The position numbers and the translations under genes are program-made. From assembly GCF_001194135.2 (NCBI RefSeq), contig NC_069009.1, forward strand, positions 427,310-465,187: a stretch of 37,878 bases of DNA, in the 5' to 3' direction. Positions 10,600-21,350 of this stretch are shown here, piece after piece (the first letter of the stretch is position 1; every line of letters begins with the position of its first letter). A model generated the notes under the pieces. That model ran no database searches, was not told the DNA's origin, and was given only the letters and a program-made list of their open reading frames with translations. The DNA is from Octopus bimaculoides (lineage: Eukaryota).

Positions 10600-10773
10600 A
10601 AGAAGACGCTTGAAAGTGAAACTGTTGAAGTAGAGCCATCTATTGAAGATTTGAAGAAATACAATCATATAAAGGGAAGTAACTTCTACAACACTTCAAG
10701 CAAGGTCCAATTAAATTATTAATTAAGGTGATTGAATTACCGATCACTAACTCGTTGTTTATATCCGAATACG
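10600..10773 (+). promoter_or_regulatory. Predicted non-coding first exon of ZNF-C (donor at 10774)
   Basis: GCCATCTATTGAAG...AATTACCGATCAC...AATACG|GTAAGTTGACAAAG. Confidence 0.65.
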
Positions 10774-11210
10774 GTAAGTTGACAAAGATTTACTTTAAGG
10801 CTGTAATGGTGTTGATAATACTACTAATAATAATAATGTAAATGATAGAATTATGTGAACCTTTCGATCGTAAAGTAATTATTTCGAAGTGAAAATATAT
10901 TTCCTCGTCTTTAATAACTTACAAAGTGAAATGTTGATCTGTTGTTTATGAAAATCTATGATCGATTGTTATGTGTGATATACAGGAAATTAATTTGTAA
11001 AATGAGTGTAATGTGGCATGATTAATAAGTGAAATGAGAGGAAACCGATTGAATAATACCAAATTAATGAATGTTGACCTGTTGTTTATGAGGCATTGAT
11101 AAAACGGTAAGTCGACACAGATTTATTTTAATAGTAATGATGGTGATTGTTTCAAATTTTGGCCCAGGGCCAGCATTATTTTACGAAATAGATGAAAGAG
11201 ATGTAAACAA

Positions 11211-11545
11211 AGTTGATCCGATCAACGGAACAGCCTGCTCGTGAAATTAACGTGCAAGTGGCTGAGCACTCCACAGACACGTGTACCCTTAACGTAGTTC
11301 TCAGGGATATTCAGCGTGACACAGAGTGTGACAAGGCTGACCCTTTGAATTACAGGCACAACAGAAACAGGAAGAAAGAGTGAGAGAAAGTTGTGGTGGA
11401 AGAGTACAGCAGGGTTCGCCACCATCCCCTACCGAAGCCTCGTGGAGCTTTTTAGGTGTTTTCGCTCAATAAACACTCACAACGCCCGGTCTGGGAATCG
11501 AAACCGCGAGTCCGCTGCCCTAACCACTAGGCCATTGCGCCTCCA
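11211..11545 (-). mobile_element. tRNA-derived SINE family A, near full length, in the ZNF-C intron
   Basis: Reverse complement matches the 3871, 20332 and 30503 copies. Confidence 0.85.
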
Positions 11546-11789
11546 CACTGTTATCATATAGAAGTAAAAACATTGTGAAAATATGCTCCCTCGTCTTAGA
11601 TATGTGAAACATTGATTTTTCTGAAAAATAGGAAACAAATACAGTGCGTAGCACAATTGTGTAGGTATGCCAGTCTTTCAATGCCTCAATTAACTCCGAC
11701 CCCTGCAAAGATTGACATTAAATGAGTGATTGTGTTGATGTTGTAATATTTGCAATGTTAAATTACTATGTCATTTAACCATCCTCTTT

Positions 11790-11816
11790 ATCTTACTGCT
11801 TCTTTTCCTATTTCAG
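11790..11816 (+). other. Predicted splice acceptor of ZNF-C (exon starts at 11817)
   Basis: TTACTGCTTCTTTTCCTATTTCAG|AATATTAC. Confidence 0.7.
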
Positions 11817-11918
11817 AATATTACATCCTGTTGACGTAAAAGGAATTTCTTCATTCAGATGTGCCTTTGATATTTTTATCAACTTTCATCAAACTAAAGA
11901 AAGATGATCAATTTATAA

Positions 11919-12935
<1,017 letters not shown>

Positions 12936-13099
12936 CTATAGTGTGATACTTATAGTTAATTATTTTCTGAATCCAGTCACTTGAAATCACACAAACATAG
13001 TCATGCTAGGGCACCGACATGAAAAATTTTTAGTCAAATCTCTCAACCTCAGTCCTTTTTTTTTTTTTCTTAAAGTCTCGAATTCTTTTGGATATTCTT

Positions 13100-13335
13100 T
13101 TGCTGAACCGCAAGGTTAGAGAGATGTAAACACACCAGAGATTTTCAAGCGATCAGAGTGGGACACACACACACGCATATGTGTATGCAAAGGGCGTATG
13201 TCAGTATCCGTCTACCAAATCCACCTACAAGGCTTTAATCGGCCTGGGGCTATACTACAAGACACCTGTTCAAAATGCCACGCAGTGGGACTGAGCCCCA
13301 AACTATGTGGTTTGGAAGCAAGCTTCTTACCACAC
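13100..13335 (-). mobile_element. Degenerate tRNA-derived SINE, family D
   Basis: Reverse strand begins GTGTGGTAAGAAGCTTGCTTCC...GGGCTCAGTCCCACTGCGTGGCA, an A/B-box-like head. Family assignment is from recognition only. Confidence 0.5.
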
Positions 13336-13424
13336 ACACACACACACACACCCTACAAATTACACAAATTATCTTTTACATGGTTCCAGTGTTTCTGGTA
13401 AAATATATGACTACACTTTGTTAA

Positions 13425-13626
13425 AATAATCTGGTGAGAATTTGAAAACTCTTGAGGTTGTTGATAAAATGGGACAAAGAAAAACACTGAAACGAAACCA
13501 ATCATTCAAGAAATATAATCATATCAAAGGAACTAATTTCAGCAACACTTCAACCCCGATCCAATTAAATTGTTAATTAAGGTGCTTAATTACCGATCAT
13601 TGACTCGTCATTTATATCCGAATACG
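13425..13626 (+). promoter_or_regulatory. Predicted non-coding first exon / promoter module of ZNF-D (donor at 13627)
   Basis: ATAATCTGGT...ATGGGACAAAG...AATTACCGATCATTGACTCG...AATACG|GTAAGTTGACAAAG. Confidence 0.65.
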
Positions 13627-14132
13627 GTAAGTTGACAAAGATTTACTGTAAGGCTGTAATTGTGATAATAATACTACTAATAATAATAATGTAAATGATA
13701 GAATTATGTGAACCTTTCGATCGTAAAGTAATTATTTCGAAGCAGAATCATGACGACGTGAGGAAAATATATTTTCTGATCGTATAATATATTTTCTGAG
13801 CCATTGCGCTTCCAGTTACAGTAACTATATAGAAGGCAAAACACAACATTGGGAAAATATGCTTCATCATCTTAGAATTATTATTTTGATTAAAACAAAA
13901 GAACAAAACAAAGACCCGGGGTTGAGTGTTACATGCAATACAAAGTAAATATATTAAAGATTTGGTGGATTAATGGTAATTGAGAACTGTTATACGTACT
14001 TTAAATTTAATTAATGCATAATGAGAGAAAAATTCTCTAATTAATTTTGATGCAATAACTTCAAATCCGTCTGTTTGACTTCATAAACGTGCACCACCGA
14101 ATTTGTTTCCTCGTCAACTCATGAAATAAATT

Positions 14133-14363
14133 TGGGTCCTATTCAAGAAGAGTGGTCCCGGTGCGCGCACTTGCGCATCCGAGCTAGCTAGTCGTGACTA
14201 GTCGATCCTACAACGACTATCTAGCGCGAATGGGCTAAACGTGTATGAGGGTTTTTTTTTAAACAAAATAAATAAAACACAAAGTAAATATATTTTTTTT
14301 TGTTGAATCTTCCCCATCTTACTCTTAAAACGTCGTTTTACGTTCTTCCAGGGTGTATTTTGG
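14133..14363 (-). repeat. Unclassified GC-rich repeat of about 230 bp with clustered short palindromes
   Basis: Reverse complement of 35156-35377. Contains GTGCGCGCAC and GACTAGTC. Confidence 0.7.
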
Positions 14364-14504
14364 TGTCACATCTATTTCAGTAATTCCATTGTACGACGCA
14401 CTCCAACAATCAGAATATATAGTCGTCCCCAAAATTTCGGGCCTTGTGGCTAGAGTAGAAAAGAATATATACAATGTTGAATTGTTTTGTTATGTAACTG
14501 TCTT

Positions 14505-14533
14505 CTTTATCATAGTTTCTTTTTCTATTTCAG
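14505..14533 (+). other. Predicted splice acceptor of ZNF-D (exon starts at 14534)
   Basis: TTTCTTTTTCTATTTCAG|AATACCAC. Confidence 0.7.
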
Positions 14534-14899
14534 AATACCACATCATTGATATTTTCATCAACTTTTATTAACTAAAGGAATATGATATATCTCTAAGGAC
14601 ATTCATCAATACATCAAGCTTTCTATATAAAGAAAAATCTATGAAAAAATATGGCGAAATATTTCTTCTGGACGATGGAATTAACAGCAGCAATTTCATG
14701 CAATTACTTTCTGGAATATAGAGGAGTTGATTGCTTTACAGGTTAATTAAGCTTGAATAAACCTTACAAAGAAGTTGATGGTTTTCACCTACTTCTGTAA
14801 ATTATTCTATGAAAATAGCGACTCAACTGAACACGAAACACATTCAGAGATAACAAGGAAACTATCGTTGTTATATGTGTGATAAATTATTCTCTCATA

Positions 14900-16042
14900 A
14901 TGAATCATTTAACTAAACCAAAAAACCCTAATGTAGCAGAGAAACCATATTCCTGTTGTATCTGTGGTAAATCATTCTCTCAAAGTGGTCACTTGGCTAA
15001 ACACAAGCGTACACATACAAGAGGGAAACCATATCATTGTGATATCTGTGGTAAATCATTTTCTCGACGTGATACCTTGACTACACACAAACGTACACAT
15101 ACCGGAGAGAAATCATATCGTTGTGATATCTGTGGTAAATCATTCTCTGAAAGTGGTAACTTGACCAGACACAAATTTACACATACAGGAGAGAAGTCAT
15201 ATCATTGTGATATTTGTGGTAAATCATTCTCTCAAAGTGGGGACTTAACTAGACACAAACATACACATACAGGAGTGAAGGCATATCATTGTAATATCTG
15301 TGGTAAATTATTCTCTAGAAATAATCATTTGACTAGTCACAAACGTATTCATACTGGCGAAAAGCCATATCAGTGTGAAATTTGTGGTAAATCATTCTCT
15401 AGAAATATTTATTTGAAGAGTCATAATCGTATTCATACAGGAGAAAAACCATGTTATTGTGACATTTGTGGTAAATCATCCTCTGAAATTAGTGCCTTGA
15501 GTAGACACAAACGTACACATACAGGAGAGAAGCCATATCATTGTGATACTTGTGGTAAATCATTCTCTGAAAGTGGTGCCTTGACTAGACACACACGCAT
15601 TCATACAGGAGAGAGGCCATATCATTGTGATATCTGTGGTAAATCATTCTCTGAATGTGGTGCCTTGACTAGTCACAAACGCATTCATACAGGAGAGAGG
15701 CCATATCATTGTAATATCTGTGGTAAATCATTCTCTCATAGTGGAGACTTGTTTAAGCACAGACCTACACATACAGGAGAGAAGCCATATCATTGTGATA
15801 TTTGTGGTAAATCATTCTCAGCAAGTAGCAATTTAACTTGTCACATACGTATTCATACTGGGGAAAAACCATTTCACTGCGATATCTGTGATAAATCATT
15901 TTCTAAAAATGATGGTTTAACTAGTCACAAACGTGTTCATACAGGAGAGAAGCCATATCACTGTGATATCTGTGGTAAATCATTCTCTCAAACGAGTGCC
16001 TTAAGTAGACACAAACAGGCACATACTAGGGAGAAGTCATAA
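14900..16042 (+). CDS. ZNF-D: C2H2 zinc-finger array protein, 380 aa from the first ATG, 13 fingers
   Basis: 13 intact fingers. The track start at 14879 is GTG; the first in-frame ATG is at 14900. Confidence 0.9.
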   Translation: MNHLTKPKNPNVAEKPYSCCICGKSFSQSGHLAKHKRTHTRGKPYHCDICGKSFSRRDTLTTHKRTHTGEKSYRCDICGKSFSESGNLTRHKFTHTGEKSYHCDICGKSFSQSGDLTRHKHTHTGVKAYHCNICGKLFSRNNHLTSHKRIHTGEKPYQCEICGKSFSRNIYLKSHNRIHTGEKPCYCDICGKSSSEISALSRHKRTHTGEKPYHCDTCGKSFSESGALTRHTRIHTGERPYHCDICGKSFSECGALTSHKRIHTGERPYHCNICGKSFSHSGDLFKHRPTHTGEKPYHCDICGKSFSASSNLTCHIRIHTGEKPFHCDICDKSFSKNDGLTSHKRVHTGEKPYHCDICGKSFSQTSALSRHKQAHTREKS

Positions 16043-16953
16043 CATTCCAATACCTAGTTTTCTTTTGAAGATGGTGTTTTAACTATACATGAACATGTTC
16101 ATACTTGAGATAAACTATGTCCTTATGATATCTGTGGTAAATCATTCTCTCATAAATCTATCATATATGCCGATGTATCAGACGACCCATAGCATTTCCA
16201 TTCAAATGCTGGCTTTACAGCTATACTTGCTGTATCAGACTACCCCGAGTTTTCATGGAAAGCAGTTTGAGCACCAAAGGCACAAGCTTCATGGCTAAAG
16301 GGGTCGGGTGAGTTGTAGTTTCCCCAGTGACTCCTCAAACCTCTGCTTTTCTTGTGTTTCAGTAGCATTTTAAATATGTTTCAATCAGTAAACTTTGTAT
16401 GCAATAATTCTGCAGTTTTGGTTTTAAAATTTATCCTGTTCTTTTCAAAAAGTGGCAAAATATTGTAAATTACCAACTATAATAAACATCAAATGTATCT
16501 TGCTGATGTAAACAACCACAGTGACGTGACTAAGGCGTTGGTTATTTTATAGTAACTAACATGGTGTCAGGTAAACTATAATAACACCATTTACTTGAAA
16601 CAGATTTACTTATAATGTGTATAATATTATATTCTGATATATTAAAACTGTTGTTATAAAATACACTGCTAGTATTTTCTTTAATTTGTGAATCTTGTCT
16701 TGCTTCATGAAACTATTGGTAGGACTGTGTTCAAATTGTTTGCACCAGTTNNNNNNNNNNNNNNNNNNNNNNNNNNNNNNNNNNNNNNNNNNNNNNNNNN
16801 NNNNNNNNNNNNNNNNNNNNNNNNNNNNNNNNNNNNNNNNNNNNNGTATTAAAGATGACATGTATACTGAATACATTTATTACAGAATCATACATATATG
16901 CAACCATGTAATATACTAATTCAAGATACTTGAAAAGCAAATTAAGCAATTAA

Positions 16954-17214
16954 TGTGCGGGTAGCACATAAAATACACCATTTTGAGCGTGGCCATTGCC
17001 AGTACCGCCTGACTGGCCTTCGTGCGGGTGACACGTAAAAGCACCCACTACACTCTCTGAGTGGTTGGTGTTAGGAAGGGCATCCAGCTGTAGAAACTCT
17101 GCCAAATCAGATTGGAGCCTGGTGTAGCCATCTGGTTTCACCAGTCCTCAGTCAAATCGTCCAACCCATGCTAGCATGGAAAGCAGACGTTAAACGACGA
17201 TGATGATGATGATG
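16954..17214 (+). mobile_element. SINE-like element family B with (GAT)n tail
   Basis: Near-identical to about 2290-2525 and ends GACGTTAAACGACGATGATGATG. Confidence 0.75.
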
Positions 17215-18612
17215 GGGACTCTGGTCTACATTAAGCTCGGGAGAGTAAGATGGACGGGTGAGCAGATAGATGATTGTGTGAGCGAGATTAGAAGGTTGGC
17301 GGGTTTAGCAGGGTTTACTGGAACAGCGATGGGGAGGATGGTGAACTTGGCTTTTATGAGCAGATTCCCCGATCATGTTTCATATCAGCATCAGATGCCG
17401 GGCATCAAAACAATGTCGGTAGGAGAAATGATAGATAAAATGCGAGTATTGACTCAAAACAACACACGAACGTATTGTAACAGTGACAGCAGATACGAGT
17501 AGAATGAGGAGGCAGGTAGCAAACATCAACAAAAGCAGTATATTGAGGTCTGCACATGGTTAGGGAACGTGTGGAACCCAAACAAAGTATGGTGTGTTAA
17601 CAATGCGGGCAATCTGGGCACATAGCAGGCACTATTGCAAGCAGCAAGACGAGAAAAGAGAAATTATTGCGCAGCTAGTTCCCTTCACGACCAAGTGACA
17701 GCTCACTTCTAATAGGGTTTCTGGTGTGGGCGAAGGAATAGTAACCCTTTATGGATATGGGTTGTAGGACCACTCTCATAATCAGGAGAATGGTCAAAGT
17801 AGCTGGAGAGGAAACCTCACTCATAGAACAGTAGATTTCAGGGAGATCAAATGTAGGGGAGTCAGCGTAGTGGAACTGAAGATACAGGGGTCAATGTTGA
17901 AGCTACAGGTGATTGTAGCGTAGATGATGAACGGCTTCAACTTAGTAGCCAGAATGGACGATTGTACGTTTGAGCAGCATGAAGCGACTGTGCAGCAAAG
18001 GCCAATGTTTTAGTACAAACTGAGACACACAGAGGTGGAAGCGGATATATTTGTACGGGTCGAGAATGAGGTGAGGGTGGCACCCCGGAATTCTTGTGTG
18101 GGGCACTACCCAAGGCCTGATAACAGGTAAACTATTGACAATAAATTCACTGCAGGCTACCTAATGAGCTGGTCTGCAGAGATGGGGGTCCGAGAATTCA
18201 GATGGCCGATCAGGTATGTAGAGATGGGACTTTCTATTAGGAAGGAGATGAGATCTGAGAATTTAGTTTGGCCTCACAGCTTGTAGCTAATTCAAGCGGA
18301 ATAAACAACACTCTGACACACTTTTGTTCCTGGTTATTTCTGTGTATAGTTTAAGGAAGCTATACTCGGTTCATAACACAGTAGGAAACGGGTAACTGTG
18401 ACCGCGATTAATAGTCAGAATGATATCTCGGTGGATAGAATGCCGCGGCATGTGTTGGATATTCGAAGAGTGATTAGCTCTAACGATGATGAAGGGAAAG
18501 GAGAAGCCAGCCCCATGACTCTACGGAAATCTCAATGGGAATGCCGCCCCCAAATGAATTGAGGATTATGAAGCAGAATACAAGAGCAGTCACCGTTAGA
18601 TCAATGGGTGAG
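17215..18612 (+). mobile_element. Decayed, internally deleted Ty3/gypsy LTR retrotransposon (gag, protease and pol C-terminal remnants)
   Basis: Gag-like ORF to 17502. Zinc-knuckle remnant C*QCGQSGH at 17595-17621. Aspartic protease remnant FMDMGCRTTLI (D codon 17754) and FNLVARMD (about 17935-17959). A pol-tail-like peptide NSQNDISVDRMPRHVLDIRR lies at about 18410-18470 (family recognition from memory). No RT motif was seen. Confidence 0.7.
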
Positions 18613-18859
18613 TGTACAAGGAAGATAATGGGCTATCTTTCGATTTGATGTGAGGAAACATCAAGTGATAGCACATGGGTTTTGTTTACATCTAATCGGT
18701 TAACCCTAGGACGTTTCCTCACATCAAATCGAAAGATAGCCAGAAAATGACAGGAGAAGAATAACGAAGCAACAGGTTGAAGACGGCCATCACCTAATGG
18801 GATTTGGACGTGGTCAAGTTATGTGCTGGAAGCGGTTGTAGAGCAGAATATATGAGTAC
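18613..18859 (+). repeat. Possible 3' LTR of the gypsy element
   Basis: TGT follows the purine-rich ATGGGTGAG and the segment ends ACA. There is no second copy in the window to confirm it. Confidence 0.25.
18631..18741. repeat. Perfect 29-bp inverted repeat with a 53-nt spacer
   Basis: GGCTATCTTTCGATTTGATGTGAGGAAAC (18631-18659) and its exact reverse complement (18713-18741). Confidence 0.9.
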
Positions 18860-18865
18860 ACTTCG

Positions 18866-19104
18866 TTAAGATAATCTGGTTAAATTATCGTCAAGATAAT
18901 CTGGTTAAAACTTGAAGGGGAAGTTATTGGCAGAATGGGACAAAGAAAACTGGAACGAATCCAGCTAATCAATGGAGCCATCTATTGGAATATTGCATAA
19001 ATACAATCGTATCAAGGGAAATAACTATTGCAGCACTTCGACCTCTGCAATTAAATAGTGTGATTAATTACCGATCACTGAGTCGCTGTTTATTTCTGAT
19101 TAAG
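18866..19104 (+). promoter_or_regulatory. Orphan first-exon / promoter module (donor at 19105) with no adjacent same-strand gene body
   Basis: Full module ATAATCTGGT...ATGGGACAAAG...GCCATCTATTGG...AAG|GTAAGTTGACAAAG. Intron homology stops at about 19153. Confidence 0.6.
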
Positions 19105-19153
19105 GTAAGTTGACAAAGACTTACTTTAAGGTTGTAATGGGGATAATAATGCA

Positions 19154-19300
19154 AATATCCCTGAGAACTACGTAAAGGGTACACGTGTCTGTGGAGTACT
19201 CAGCCACTTACACGTTAATTTCACGAGCAGGCTGTTCCATTGATCGGATCAACTGGAACCTCCGACGTCGAAAGCGACGGAGTACCAACAACAGCAACAA
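19154..19300 (+). mobile_element. tRNA-derived SINE family A, 3' half with (CAA)n-like tail
   Basis: Starts AATATCCCTGAGAAC and matches the 3' half of the other copies. Confidence 0.85.
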
Positions 19301-19817
19301 AATGGCTGGACAAAGTTCAAAAGGTAATCTTATTCTCATTAATCATTAAGTGCTGAGAGAAAAAAACAGCACACTTCAAATATTCTTCAAGCTGGTGCCC
19401 CAGCATGGCCGGAGCCCAATAACTGAAACAAGTAAAAAGCATGGGGAGTTATATAAAAAATTTTAAAAGATGTGGCTGTTATTTCTAGCGTGCACTGGTT
19501 GAAAATCATTTCAAAAATTTCTGGGCTTGTCACATTAGACTAAAATTTCTTCAAGGTAGTGCCCCAGCATGGCCACAGTGTAATGACCAAAACAAATGAA
19601 AGGTGAAACAACGAGAAATGTGTGGGGTGTATGTTCATTTTCACACTTTAACTATAGGGCTTTTGTCTTACATATGTTATCGTATATGATACACACACAT
19701 GCCCTTACAAAACATAGACACACATTGAGGGATACGCATGCGTAGACACATACAATAGGAATACAAAATGGCTGATAGTTAGCAAGGTGAGATACACATA
19801 AGAAAGAAGACAGCAAA

Positions 19818-19862
19818 GGACCACTGATGAGGTCACAGAAGTGTGACGAAAGAACTCTGGCC
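19818..19862 (+). ncRNA. Minimal type I hammerhead-ribozyme-like motif
   Basis: CCA-CTGATGA-G-GTCACA(GAAG)TGTGAC-GAAA-G-AA-CTC-TGG: conserved core boxes, a perfect 6-bp stem II, stem I CCA/TGG extendable across a bulge, a 2-bp stem III and a CUC cleavage triplet. Confidence 0.6.
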
Positions 19863-19970
19863 GAAATAGGATTAATGTAATATAAAGCTGAAGCAAATTA
19901 ACACCAAATATACAGTGCGTGTGTTTTTATTGGCTAAACTGGCAATATGACCATCCCCAAGTACAACAAC

Positions 19971-20110
19971 ATATATATATATATATATATATTTCATTTC
20001 ATTTCATTTCAAAGTTTCAGCTCAGAGCTGCGGCCATGCTGATATGTATGTATGTATGTATGTATGTGTGTGTAAACATATATATATGTACAAAGACATC
20101 TGTATATATG
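19971..20110. repeat. Compound microsatellite (TA)n, (TTTCA)n, (TATG)n
   Basis: Direct reading. Confidence 0.85.
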
Positions 20111-20331
20111 TGTGTGTGAGTGTATATATATGCACACATAAGTGATTGTTTAGTGGCTGTAGTTACATGTTTTATACGTGAATTAGCTATGTACATATGA
20201 GTGTGTGTATGCATATATATTCGTGTATATAGGTGTTTATGTGTCTGTGTGCTTATGTCAGTGTAACTGTGGGTACATAGGAGAGCTATCCATGGCTCTA
20301 CATTAATGTTCTACTGTTTAAGCGAAGTAGG

Positions 20332-20710
20332 TTGTTGGCACTCCGTCGCTTACGACGTCGAGGGTTCCAGTTGATCCGATCAAAGGAACAGCCTGCTCGT
20401 GAAATTAACGTGCAAGTGGCTGAGCACTCCACAGACACGTGTACCCTTAACGCAGTTCTCGGGGATATTCAGCGTGACACATTGTGACAAGGGTGGCCCT
20501 TTGAATTACAGGCACATCAGAAACAGGAAGAGTGAGAGAAAGTTGTGGTGGAAGAGTACAGCAGGGTTCGCCACCATCCCCTGCCGGAGCCTCTTGGGGC
20601 TTTTAGGTGTTATCACTCAATTAACACTCACAATGCTCAGTCTTGGAATCGAAACCACGATCCTATGAACGCGAGTTCACTGCGCTAACCACTGGGCCAT
20701 TGCACCTCCA
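20332..20710 (-). mobile_element. tRNA-derived SINE family A, full length
   Basis: Head and tail both present. Target-site duplication AAGCGAAGTAGG (20320-20331) and AAACGAAGTAGG (20712-20723), 11 of 12 identical. Confidence 0.88.
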
Positions 20711-20793
20711 CAAACGAAGTAGGAACACTAAGGTTAGAGGATGATGATGATGATGAAAACACAATAAAGACCAAATTAATGTCACATAAAAAT

Positions 20794-21250
20794 TTTATTC
20801 CTTATTCCCATTCTTTTATGTCTTACTCCTGTATGCGTCAGTTTGTGTCTGGTCAAGGTACAAGTTAGAGAGAATGATTTGCGACAAATATCTCAATGAT
20901 ATGGCTTCTCTCCTGTATGTGTAAGATTGTGTTTAGACAACTGACCGTTCTGAGAGAATGATTTACCACAAATATCACAATGTTATGGCTTTTCTCCTGT
21001 ATGTGTAAGATTGTGTTTAGACAACTGACCGNNNNNNNNNNGTGTTTAGACAACTGACCGTTCTGAGAGAATGATTTACCACAAATATCACAATGTTATG
21101 GCTTTTCTCCTGTATGTGTAAGATTGTGTTTAGACAACTGACCGTTCTGAGAGAATGATTTACCACAAAAATCACAATGATAGGGCTTCTCTCCTGTATA
21201 TGTCATTTTGTGTGTGGTCAAGGTACAAGTTTGAGAGAATGATTTACCAC
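20794..21250 (-). pseudogene. 3' fragment of a further ZNF gene with in-frame stops and its own AATAAA (20794-20799); 5' part runs into the gap
   Basis: Reads [55 protein letters not shown]... and then a terminal block homologous to that of E. Confidence 0.7.
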
Positions 21251-21350
21251 NNNNNNNNNNNNNNNNNNNNNNNNNNNNNNNNNNNNNNNNNNNNNNNNNN
21301 NNNNNNNNNNNNNNNNNNNNNNNNNNNNNNNNNNNNNNNNNNNNNNNNNN

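Noticed and set aside
21013-21060. Fourth copy of the QNGQ finger
   Set aside because: A 19-bp overlap on both sides of a 10-N gap suggests the same unit was counted twice.
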